Below are positions 47,170-56,075 of a DNA stretch of 64,000 nucleotides, piece after piece (position 1 is the stretch's first letter; every line of letters begins with the position of its first letter). The stretch lies in IMG/VR virus record IMGVR_UViG_3300009868_000001, positions 45,067-109,066 of that record; one strand, given 5' to 3'. The notes under the pieces are model-generated. The model searched no databases. It had not been told where the DNA came from and was given only the letters and a program-made list of their open reading frames with translations. Both the position numbers and the translations under genes were made by a program. This stretch comes from a virus. Taxonomy: Duplodnaviria > Caudoviricetes.

Positions 47170-47853
47170 TTATTTAGGTCTTTGTGCTAGATTGAACCAT
47201 ATGAATCTCGCATCACCAAAAAGACTTTCAAGTTCGTCTTCAGTAAACGTAAGTTTTTCGATATGACTGTTAATTATCATCAAACCGTCTGAAATGTCAT
47301 TTGTAAGTTTAACAGCGGCAGTTGACATTATTCCATATGCTCTTAACAGAGAAGCAATCTCATCGTCCTTTTCGGATTTAGTCTCTCCATCGAGAATGAC
47401 AGTGCCATCGTCGTAAAAAATTCCATACTTTACATCAGTTGGAATAAAGAGACCATTTATTGGTGCAAACCATGATGCTGGAACCTTATTAAACTTGTCT
47501 CGAATATTTGCAATATATTCAGCAGTCTTTTCAAAGGTCATTGTGATAAAGAGAAATGGAAATCCAGTGACAGTTTTATCTGAATTACTAAATTCCCAAA
47601 TTGCAACTCTATCAACGCCTGTCCTTGCACGTGTTTCAACGATTCGATTATTAACTATCGATTGAATGTCAAGCTTTTCTTTGGTCCAATTTATGGTCTT
47701 AGCTTTCTTTTGGATCCAAAGATAAAGTACAGGTAATCCGACAGCTAATGCACCACCTATTGTTTGACCTATCAACTTAAGAACATCCTCGCTTAATATC
47801 TCCTTGGACGTCTGAACAACATTCAATACCTGTGTTGTATCCACTACCATCAT
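47170..47853 (-). CDS. Single-TM protein with GAF-like domain, possible T4 T-type holin
   Basis: One N-terminal TM helix, then a DRVAIWEFSN soluble domain. Confidence 0.4.
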   Translation of the reverse strand: MMVVDTTQVLNVVQTSKEILSEDVLKLIGQTIGGALAVGLPVLYLWIQKKAKTINWTKEKLDIQSIVNNRIVETRARTGVDRVAIWEFSNSDKTVTGFPFLFITMTFEKTAEYIANIRDKFNKVPASWFAPINGLFIPTDVKYGIFYDDGTVILDGETKSEKDDEIASLLRAYGIMSTAAVKLTNDISDGLMIINSHIEKLTFTEDELESLFGDARFIWFNLAQRPK

Positions 47854-47895
47854 AGACCCCTTTTTTTAAAATTTCACAAGTATTAATACTTGCTC

Positions 47896-48180
47896 TTATG
47901 CTACTGGTTGAGCTGGAGCAGTGGCGGCTGGAGCTGCAGTTTGACCTTGATCTCCTGATTCAGGCTCATCTAGTAACATTAAATCAGTATCATCACCAGC
48001 TGGTGCTGCATCGCCTGTTCCACCTGCTGATGGAGCTGGAGTTGCATCCGGTGAAGTTGATGCCTGAGCTGTTGAATCACCTTGTGGAGTATCAGTAGTT
48101 TGAGTATCAGTTGAACCTTCTTCTTTTGCAAGATATTCCTCAAACGACATAACTACACCCTTTTTCTTTTCATCTGCCAT
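47896..48180 (-). CDS. Small acidic low-complexity late protein
   Basis: VMSFEEYL motif followed by a T/A/P/D-rich tract; TATAAATA at 48199-48206. Confidence 0.65.
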   Translation of the reverse strand: MADEKKKGVVMSFEEYLAKEEGSTDTQTTDTPQGDSTAQASTSPDATPAPSAGGTGDAAPAGDDTDLMLLDEPESGDQGQTAAPAATAPAQPVA

Positions 48181-48247
48181 AATAGCGAAACTTTTTCTTA
48201 TTTATACTTGATTATCACTAAAAAAGAGGCCTAATTTACATCAAAAC

Positions 48248-49987
48248 TTATTTTGTTCCCTTAAGCCGAATTCTGTTAGTAAATTCTTCTGGAAATTGGT
48301 CCGGACTGTTTCTCAAAATATCAGAAAAACATCCGTCAAGTATGTATGTTCTTGCCCAATCTTCAGGAGTCCTGACTGAACGCCCTACTCCCTGTAATAT
48401 CGAAAGGGCAGTCTTCCAGTTATACCATTTTTGTGAATGCTTTAGTTTTGCAGCAACGTATCTATCACCAAGAGATGGATAGGGTATTTTCACGAAAATT
48501 TGGAACCTACTTAAGTCGTCTATTAAGTTTAGACCTTCAAGCAAAGATGGTCCCATTATTACCATGTTTTTAAGACTTGTAAATTTATTGAGGCTTCTTT
48601 CCTTTTCTTCGGTTCCTCTATATAAAAGCACCCTTGCTCTCTGTTCCTTGCTTAATCCTTCATATATTCTATTTGCAAGTTCATACGAACCTGAATGTAT
48701 GATGCCTGGAAATTCCTTGTTTTCTTCAAGGATTTCAGAAACAGTTTCAACTAACCATGGTAGGTTTTGTTCCTTATTTTTCATTGACATCCGCCTTCCT
48801 GGATAATAAACAATTGGTGAATTGCTGTAATCGAACGTGGAATGCATCTTAAAATATCTCACAGACTTAGCAGCAAGACCTCTCATATAGTCTTCAGGTT
48901 TTCCCATCGTCGCCGTCATCATAAGTTTAAATCCAAAACGAGAGTTGAAGTGTTTATACATCAAATACCTTTCATCTAAACAATTAAACACTGTGGCATT
49001 CTCCTGAGGGTTTTTAATCATGCTTTCGACATCTGTTTGGTCTAATATGAAGCAATAGTCCTCCACTTTGCACTGAACATCCTTAATGAAGTCCAGGTTC
49101 CTCATAGCATTTCTCCATTCTTTTGGAAGTCTAGTGTTTGCTGAATAATTTGCTTTAGCTCTTCTTTTAACAGATTCACCTACTCTGACTAACTCCCCTA
49201 AATTGACTTTAATCCTCTCAAGTTTTTCTTTGAGTTTCACTTTATCTTCCTCTCTTTCAATTGAATCTATGTCTCTTTTCAAAAAATTCAAATCACATTC
49301 AGGTTTCTTAAACCTGTTCTTTGAATAAAAGTCTCTTAATTTCTTTGAAGTCTTAAGTATGTTTTCGTTTACTACTGGGCTGAAATGATTTTGAACTATC
49401 TCAGTCACCTTATGAGCTTCATCACAGACTACAAAGTCCCTTCGTCCAAATGGTGCAGGTTGTCCCATCTCTCTAAATTTATCCTCAACATAGTTTCGTT
49501 GAATGAGAGCATATGGATAAGTCATCAAGCTAACAGGTGCTTTCATTGCCCTTTCACGAGCCGAAAAATAACCACATGTTGGATAACATGGTAGTTCCAT
49601 TGCTTCGGTCGTTGTCATGCTTCTCATCTTACATTCACCTAATGAAAACTTTTCTCCGTTTATGTCACATATGTAATTGTCAATTCCTTTCACTATTCCC
49701 CAGTTGAGGTTAAACCCATTAAAGTCATTAACATACTGTGAGTGAAGGGCAAGGTCTGATGCAAGAATATACCCGGTTTTTCCCTCACTTGACACAAAGT
49801 CTGAAAACAAAATAGCTATCACTGATTTTCCAGAACCAGTAGGTGCGTCCAATAAGTAAAACTCAGTCTTACCTTCATAGAAGGTTTCTATGATGTCAAT
49901 AATAACTTCTCTCTGTTGTGGCCTAAATTTTAAGGTGGGGTATTTGTTTGCGATAAACTCGTCGAACCGTGCTGCTACGTCTTTCAA
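48248..49987 (-). CDS. dinG: DinG/XPD-family helicase
   Basis: RPQQ, APTGSGKS, Fe-S cysteines, DEAH, TAT, KIPYP and QGVGRSVR motifs. Confidence 0.88.
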   Translation of the reverse strand: MKDVAARFDEFIANKYPTLKFRPQQREVIIDIIETFYEGKTEFYLLDAPTGSGKSVIAILFSDFVSSEGKTGYILASDLALHSQYVNDFNGFNLNWGIVKGIDNYICDINGEKFSLGECKMRSMTTTEAMELPCYPTCGYFSARERAMKAPVSLMTYPYALIQRNYVEDKFREMGQPAPFGRRDFVVCDEAHKVTEIVQNHFSPVVNENILKTSKKLRDFYSKNRFKKPECDLNFLKRDIDSIEREEDKVKLKEKLERIKVNLGELVRVGESVKRRAKANYSANTRLPKEWRNAMRNLDFIKDVQCKVEDYCFILDQTDVESMIKNPQENATVFNCLDERYLMYKHFNSRFGFKLMMTATMGKPEDYMRGLAAKSVRYFKMHSTFDYSNSPIVYYPGRRMSMKNKEQNLPWLVETVSEILEENKEFPGIIHSGSYELANRIYEGLSKEQRARVLLYRGTEEKERSLNKFTSLKNMVIMGPSLLEGLNLIDDLSRFQIFVKIPYPSLGDRYVAAKLKHSQKWYNWKTALSILQGVGRSVRTPEDWARTYILDGCFSDILRNSPDQFPEEFTNRIRLKGTK

Positions 49988-50491
49988 TTATGCTAAGTTT
50001 TTTTCAAGAACATGATCATTCAATCCCTCAAATTCTTCAGGATCATAACCTTCCTTTTCAATTATCTCTGAAACAATACCAATCTTTTTAAAGCCATTTC
50101 TAAAATAAAAAGAAAGCGGCTTACCTTCCTCATCAACATATGTTCTTATGGTTTTGCAGCCTATTTTCTTGGCATATGCCTCCATTGTCTTAAGGACGTC
50201 TTCTCCAATTTTTAGGTTTCTAAATTCAGGTAAGATCCCAAACCAACCAAGCCACAATGTTTCTACTCCTGGGACAAGAGAATACATTCCACATATCCCA
50301 ACAGTCCTTCCTTCTTTTTTGATGACCCACACTTGCCAAAAACAGACATCGTCTTCTCGATCTGTGTGTATGATTCCACACCAAGTAAGAATGGCATGGT
50401 AGTAAGTGTAACCAAAATCGTCTACGAGGCCCTCTAAAATTGGCTTAAACTCTTTGAGGTCTCGTGTATCGTCTAACATAAGATTGTGCAT
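49988..50491 (-). CDS. GNAT acetyltransferase
   Basis: PEFRNLKIG acetyl-CoA motif A; FY.RNGF. Confidence 0.8.
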   Translation of the reverse strand: MHNLMLDDTRDLKEFKPILEGLVDDFGYTYYHAILTWCGIIHTDREDDVCFWQVWVIKKEGRTVGICGMYSLVPGVETLWLGWFGILPEFRNLKIGEDVLKTMEAYAKKIGCKTIRTYVDEEGKPLSFYFRNGFKKIGIVSEIIEKEGYDPEEFEGLNDHVLEKNLA

Positions 50492-50533
50492 ATTATTTTT
50501 TACTCTAAGGTGTGGCTGGGGTTCTCTTAAAAC

Positions 50534-50562
50534 AAAAAGAGCCGACTCAAGGCCGACTCTTT
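50534..50562 (-). terminator. Probable intrinsic terminator after nadV
   Basis: Hairpin with G-U pairs on the minus strand and a U-tail. Confidence 0.55.
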
Positions 50563-50585
50563 CCGCTCTTAGAGATTATTAATCT

Positions 50586-52124
50586 TTATGAAAAGTCTTT
50601 TTCTAACACCGGGTCGATTTTAGAACCTGGTTTAATCTTTGCCCTTTCACGTATTTCTTCAAATCGATAGTCTTCAATCAACTCTCCCATTTCAAAGACT
50701 GTCACAAGCTCATCAAGAGCGGTGTCAAAGTCAGGGTCATGGTTTGTTATTGTCTTGTAGACATCACGTTCCTCCTGATTATCTGTTCGTACCAACTTAA
50801 GGTTACCACTCTTACTTCTCTTAAACGATACGACACGATTGCCCTGGTCATCAAACTCTATCGGAGACTTAGAGACCTCGACCATCGTCAATACTCCCTT
50901 AACTTCTTGATAAAGAGCACAGCACTTAAATGCAAACTTTTGAGTGTCTCGGTCGATTTTTTGAAGAAGTGCTCCACCCATACCGAAAACGAGGTTTTCA
51001 GGGGATATCTTTTCTTCCATCATCATTTTCTTAATCTCAAGGATTGAGAAGTAATTGATACCATCACCTTGTAACAAACGGACATTTTCCTTTAATACTT
51101 TAAACCCTTTACCATTCACATGTCCACCTGCACGGTCCCATAAAACATCAAAGATGACTTTTATCGTTACCTTAGCCGACCCTGAGTCAAGTCGTATGAC
51201 AACTTTACCGTCTCGGTTTAAAACAAGTGGTTTTAACTCCTTGCCCATCCATATGTTTTGGACTGCATTTAATACGTCATATGAGTCAGAAACACATGCA
51301 AATGTTCCTTCAGGATATATTTGAAGCATATTTCTATAAGCTTCAATTTCATTTTCTTTGCCCCAACTTGTTATTGTTGAGTGTTCTGACGCACTCACTG
51401 AGAAGCCCAACATTTCACGTGTGTTATACCATTTCTGGGCAAGACGGATTGCCATTCCGTTATCTGTTCCTCTGAAGTTTAAGAGGTGGGCCGAACCGCC
51501 CCAAGCAGCAGATTGTGGCGAGCTTGCTCCACGGATACCGAAATCATGCAACATAAATTCTATGATTGACAGGATCTCTTCATCTGAGTAGGTTGTAGTC
51601 TCTTTGAACCACTCAAAGAAAACTTTCTTAATTTCCCTGGATAAGGTTCCTACTGTTATTGGGTACCACACCTCAACTATGAGGGTTTCTAAAAAGTTGG
51701 TCAGCCATGGAAGCTCATCATCTAAGCTTTCAATAAGGACGAGCACATTCCTTGTGCCAACTAATGTTCCTTCAGGGACAGCTTTAATCCTTACGGGTAG
51801 TCTACCTCCATGGACGTTTACGATTCGTTCCCATGCAGCACGCGGAAACACCTTTTTCCCGAAGTGTGCGTTCCAGAACTGCTCCGCATCGTCAATTTTT
51901 TCCATGGTGACTACCTGGCCGACTAAGTATTTCTTTATCAGATAATTTAGGCCGTAAACCAGTGTGGTGTTGAATAGACCTCCACGTGATTCCAAATAAG
52001 ATATAATCTTCTTTGTTCCCTTAGGGTATTGGCCTGGGTGAGTTAGTTTATATGAGTCCGACATGATAAGTAAGTTCTCATCATAGTCGAATATAGGACC
52101 GAAGTTAAATTGCGTTTTCGACAT
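50586..52124 (-). CDS. nadV: Nicotinamide phosphoribosyltransferase (Nampt)
   Basis: DSYK..H..QYP, LHDFG.RG, SEHS, VSDSYD, RLDSG, QGDG and FGMGG motifs. Confidence 0.93.
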   Translation of the reverse strand: MSKTQFNFGPIFDYDENLLIMSDSYKLTHPGQYPKGTKKIISYLESRGGLFNTTLVYGLNYLIKKYLVGQVVTMEKIDDAEQFWNAHFGKKVFPRAAWERIVNVHGGRLPVRIKAVPEGTLVGTRNVLVLIESLDDELPWLTNFLETLIVEVWYPITVGTLSREIKKVFFEWFKETTTYSDEEILSIIEFMLHDFGIRGASSPQSAAWGGSAHLLNFRGTDNGMAIRLAQKWYNTREMLGFSVSASEHSTITSWGKENEIEAYRNMLQIYPEGTFACVSDSYDVLNAVQNIWMGKELKPLVLNRDGKVVIRLDSGSAKVTIKVIFDVLWDRAGGHVNGKGFKVLKENVRLLQGDGINYFSILEIKKMMMEEKISPENLVFGMGGALLQKIDRDTQKFAFKCCALYQEVKGVLTMVEVSKSPIEFDDQGNRVVSFKRSKSGNLKLVRTDNQEERDVYKTITNHDPDFDTALDELVTVFEMGELIEDYRFEEIRERAKIKPGSKIDPVLEKDFS

Positions 52125-52143
52125 TTTCCTCTTTGTTTTTTCT

Positions 52144-52431
52144 TTAGAATAATTTACTAAAATCTATTGAATCCAACCACTTATTAAATCGTCCAATCGA
52201 ATTTTTATATAGCCAGACGATACTCATGATTATTCCAGCGATGATCATCACTATTGCTACTGGATAATTAAACCACACAATTACAGGAGGATCATTATCT
52301 TCAAATATAAAAAGAAGAGTCACGAATCCTAGGATTCCGTTAACCGTCGCTTCGGCTTCCCAGCAGAATATTAAAAGGATAAGCTGTGTCAGGAGTCCTA
52401 GACCTGTCCAAAATTTAGCTGAATTGCTCAT
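52144..52431 (-). CDS. Small membrane protein
   Basis: 95 aa with 3 hydrophobic segments. Confidence 0.6.
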   Translation of the reverse strand: MSNSAKFWTGLGLLTQLILLIFCWEAEATVNGILGFVTLLFIFEDNDPPVIVWFNYPVAIVMIIAGIIMSIVWLYKNSIGRFNKWLDSIDFSKLF

Positions 52432-53395
52432 TCTCTTTCTTTATTATGACCTTATTAAGTAGTGCTTCCATCAACGGATGGTGCTCTTCTACTAAGAAGG
52501 AGTTCATCCAGTATTGTATGATTTTCTTATCGGCTCCTTTTGCTTTCTCTCCAATGATTTCGCTTATTGGGAACCATCTAATCTCTGATATATCATCAGA
52601 CGGTTCAAGCGTACCAAAGGAATACGTCGTGTAAAATAGAGCCGTCATTATTTTATCAGACTCTGCCTTATACCTCCAATCGTTTACTAAAAACGAACCA
52701 ACATAGTTGGCGTTTCCGGTCTCAATATGACCTGCTTCTTCTTTAAGTTCCCTAAGAGCAGCGTATTCTAAGCTTGAGTCTTTAGGGTCTATAAACCCAC
52801 CAATAAAACGATATTTAGACTCATTAGGTTTCTTACCTAAGAGAATCTTTTGCATCTCAGGAGTGTCGAAAAGAGCAATATCAACCGTCATATAGAGACA
52901 GTCATACCTATTGTATATTTGATAGATTGCACCGGCCCTGAAATCAGGAGAAGAAAGAACCTCACATTTTATGTTTTTACGAATTTCAGTTCCAGACACG
53001 TAAACTTCCTGCTTTAATTCTTCACACTTAAACTGTCCTTTATAGTGAGAAATAAAAGAATCACGACCGCCATACAACAACACCTTACCTGTCGGATAGA
53101 CTTCACGTATTCGAGAATCAAGTTGTTGACTCCACACTTCATCTATTCGTCTGTCCTGTAAAGGCATAACAGTTACATGAGGATAAAGTTCTTTTATCAT
53201 CAGTTCGCGCTCTTTGTAACCTAATGGGTTTCGTTTAGAACGAGGTATCTGCGCATTGTCTCCAATAAAGATGATTACCTTTTTATGGTTTTTACAAACC
53301 TCATCAATGAGGTTTCTGTGGGCTTCGTGAAGTTCATGGACTTGAAATCGTCCTATTATGACTCCTATGTCGTATTCTGAAGATAAATCTGACAT
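52415..53395 (-). CDS. nadM: Bifunctional NMN adenylyltransferase / Nudix (ADP-ribose) hydrolase
   Basis: GRFQ..H..H, RNP, SGTEIR; Nudix box GGF.....LE.AA.REL.EE. Confidence 0.9.
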   Translation of the reverse strand: MSDLSSEYDIGVIIGRFQVHELHEAHRNLIDEVCKNHKKVIIFIGDNAQIPRSKRNPLGYKERELMIKELYPHVTVMPLQDRRIDEVWSQQLDSRIREVYPTGKVLLYGGRDSFISHYKGQFKCEELKQEVYVSGTEIRKNIKCEVLSSPDFRAGAIYQIYNRYDCLYMTVDIALFDTPEMQKILLGKKPNESKYRFIGGFIDPKDSSLEYAALRELKEEAGHIETGNANYVGSFLVNDWRYKAESDKIMTALFYTTYSFGTLEPSDDISEIRWFPISEIIGEKAKGADKKIIQYWMNSFLVEEHHPLMEALLNKVIIKKENEQFS

Positions 53396-53866
53396 TTACT
53401 TTTGTTTAGAGAAATATACCAAAATTGCATTCCAGTTTGGGAATTCATCAGATCCAAAAAGAAGAGATTTTCCTGTGAATCCTTTATGTATGTTATCGTC
53501 AATTAAGTAATGACCAATTACCATAGACTTATTCGGTACTATCATTAACTTATTACACATATCAAACCCAAAATACTTCTCTATTAAGATTCGTTTTTCA
53601 GAGTATGAGTGAATGTTGTGTGGGCTTGCTCGTGTACAAATCCATACATCATAATTCTTTTCAAGTTCCCTGACAGACTCTATTGCTTTTGGCATTGGTT
53701 CAAGGTCAGAAAAGAATCCAGGGGTCGATTGTGGGTATTGAATTGATGGATCTTTTTCTAAAATCTCTACCTATTTTTTCTTATAGTCAAAGATTACACC
53801 GTCCATGTCAACAAGGACTATTTCTTTATCACCTTCCAGTGCACTCTCAAACTTCTTCAGTAGCAT
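53396..53866 (-). pseudogene. 5'(3')-deoxyribonucleotidase (NT5C, HAD) interrupted by one in-frame TAG
   Basis: ATG 53866 gives MLLKKFES...VLVDMDGVIFDYKKK*VEIL...PGFF..LEPMP, continuing in frame into the 99-aa ORF. TAG at 53771-53773. Confidence 0.75.
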
Positions 53867-54584
53867 ATGATGCTTCTATTATTTTATCAGACATGTCCTT
53901 AAACCTTATGTTGTATGTCTCATATCCTTTCACAGAAAGGTATTCTAAGATCTGGTGAAAGACTGGACCTTTATCTACTTTTTCTGCAAGTGCACCGACA
54001 TAAAAGGTGTTCCATTTAGAAGAACGTTTTATCGCATCGACCTCTTTATTGTAAGATGTATATAGAAACTGTTGAAATAACTCATCACACGTTTCATAAT
54101 AGACTGAAGAGACTACGTATGCTAGATTAGTGTCTAAGTTTTCAAGGATGAAAATGTTTCGGATTCCTTGGCTTACCCTCAATTCAGGTAGGACATTTTC
54201 TTTAAGGTGTTTTAGTCTTCTTTGAAATTCCTTTCGTTCGGCATAAATCTTAGAAAAATCGGCTACCCATTCTCCTTTCCTTTTTGGGTCTTCCTTTAGT
54301 GGAATTTTTATGCCTGGGACGGTTTTAGACATATAAAAAGGAAACTTTGATGCGTTTAGCATCTTTATTCTTCCTAATTCAGCATCAAATTCTTCGTTTT
54401 TTAATGACTTAACCTTAGATTGTAACGATGATATTTGATGTCTTACGTCTGTTATCTCAGATGTATCATCAGTGAGGATGTTTCTTTGAATGTGTTCAAG
54501 GTCTTCAATCAGCAAGACCATTGGTTCGTTGTCTCTAAACGAGTCCAGACGGCCTGCCGTTGGGCGGGCAGTAGAAATTATCAT
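53847..54584 (-). CDS. Hypothetical protein
   Basis: 245-aa ORF. Confidence 0.6.
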   Translation of the reverse strand: MIISTARPTAGRLDSFRDNEPMVLLIEDLEHIQRNILTDDTSEITDVRHQISSLQSKVKSLKNEEFDAELGRIKMLNASKFPFYMSKTVPGIKIPLKEDPKRKGEWVADFSKIYAERKEFQRRLKHLKENVLPELRVSQGIRNIFILENLDTNLAYVVSSVYYETCDELFQQFLYTSYNKEVDAIKRSSKWNTFYVGALAEKVDKGPVFHQILEYLSVKGYETYNIRFKDMSDKIIEASYATEEV

Positions 54585-54596
54585 TTAAGAATGCGG

Positions 54597-55955
54597 TTAT
54601 TTTATAACAGTTACACTGCCTTTTCTCATTTCATCCATGTATGTATCAAGGTATGTCACTTTAAAAATGTAGACATATACGCCAGGCAGAGTTCCTTCAC
54701 CATCAAACCTACCGTCCCATTTAAAGTCGGGGTCATTTGATTGGAAGAGTAAGATACCATCTCTGTTAAACACTTGGACGCTCATCTTTTTCCAGTTGAG
54801 CTTGTTACCATATGCTTCAAAGTAATCGTTGTTGCCATCTCCATTAGGCGAAAATGCATTAGGAATGAACACGTCTCGGTTATGAGTGTTTACAATGTGT
54901 TCAGAACCGCTTACTGAACAACCATTGAAATCGGTGACAGTAAACTCATAGTCTCCTTCCTTTAAACCGAAAATTGAGTCCGATGTACTTCCGGTCGACC
55001 AGAAATATGAATACGGTGGAGTTGCTCCAGACGCAAAAACATTAATTTGACCTGCATCACATGTTTTACATGAAGAATAACTTATAAGACGGTTTGCTTC
55101 AAGTTTTGAAGGTTCACCTATGTCCACTGATGTTGTAACACTACACCCAGTAGAATCAGTCACGGTCACATTGTAAGTTCCTGCTACAACTTTAATCGTC
55201 TGTTCAGTTTCCCCAGTGTTCCACTTATATGTGAATGGAGAGAATTTACCAGAAGACTGACATGTTATAAACCCGTCGTCTAATCCATTACATGTAGGCT
55301 CACTTATAACACCTGGTGTAAGGTTTACGTTAAACTGTGCTGGCCTAACGTCACGTATGTTATCTAACATTATGTAAGGGTTGGTCGGCGGCCAGTTCCA
55401 ATTTCCCAAGTTATAACAAAGAAAGGTCACCCATGTTATCTGTTGGTTGGGAATAAAGGACACATTTAGGGTCATCCATGTATCAAAGGGATATAAATCA
55501 TTAGACGACCATAACAGTGTATCTAAATCATAGAGAGAGTCTCCTCCATATATTAAAAGTTGAGCATGGTCCGGTATGGTACCTCCTTCGTGTGTGCTTG
55601 AATTGGCAGCATCTATTTTAAACGAGTATTTGATACCTGGTTCGAAAGGAAAGTTTATCTTTTGAGTGACTCCTTCCTGCCAACCGTATTGTGATTGGTG
55701 ACATAGGCCTAAAAACCAGTTGCCATCTGTTGGCTGCATATTAAGTCCAAAGAATCCAGGCTGCATGTCGGGAGTTTGGTTTGGTCCAACTTGAGTCCAT
55801 TCAGGCGGCGGTATGCCTGGCCAAAAAAACCTCCAACCTTCAAATGAAGGATTGTTAAAATAGGTTACACATGTGTTAGGTTGTTGTGGCTTTACTGTTA
55901 AAAACAGTGCAATCAACAGTGCAATTAGACTTATCTTTATCTTAAAAAAGTTCAT
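54597..55955 (-). CDS. Secreted SprB-repeat protein with T9SS type-B (gliding-motility-associated) C-terminal domain
   Basis: Signal peptide from MNFFKIK, two SprB-like repeats (C.G..DG.I...Y.W..G...Y.VTVTD..GC), and IPNAFSPNGDG.ND.F...FNR.G...WDG...GVY.Y. Confidence 0.85.
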   Translation of the reverse strand: MNFFKIKISLIALLIALFLTVKPQQPNTCVTYFNNPSFEGWRFFWPGIPPPEWTQVGPNQTPDMQPGFFGLNMQPTDGNWFLGLCHQSQYGWQEGVTQKINFPFEPGIKYSFKIDAANSSTHEGGTIPDHAQLLIYGGDSLYDLDTLLWSSNDLYPFDTWMTLNVSFIPNQQITWVTFLCYNLGNWNWPPTNPYIMLDNIRDVRPAQFNVNLTPGVISEPTCNGLDDGFITCQSSGKFSPFTYKWNTGETEQTIKVVAGTYNVTVTDSTGCSVTTSVDIGEPSKLEANRLISYSSCKTCDAGQINVFASGATPPYSYFWSTGSTSDSIFGLKEGDYEFTVTDFNGCSVSGSEHIVNTHNRDVFIPNAFSPNGDGNNDYFEAYGNKLNWKKMSVQVFNRDGILLFQSNDPDFKWDGRFDGEGTLPGVYVYIFKVTYLDTYMDEMRKGSVTVIK

Positions 55956-56022
55956 TTCGAGTGTATTTCTAATAAAAAATACCAAAACAGCTGTGTTAAT
56001 ATTATTTAAGTGTGTTAAAAAC

Positions 56023-56053
56023 AAAAAAGGAAGACACTTTCATGCCTTCCTTT
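56023..56053 (-). terminator. Intrinsic terminator after vWA gene
   Basis: AAAGGAAG/CTTCCTTT hairpin with an A-run. Confidence 0.7.
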
Positions 56054-56075
56054 CAACTAACACTCACTCCCAACT

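Noticed and set aside
55956-56024. Upstream start for the T9SS cargo gene
   Set aside because: It begins in the terminator tail; the signal peptide starts at MNFFKIK (55955).
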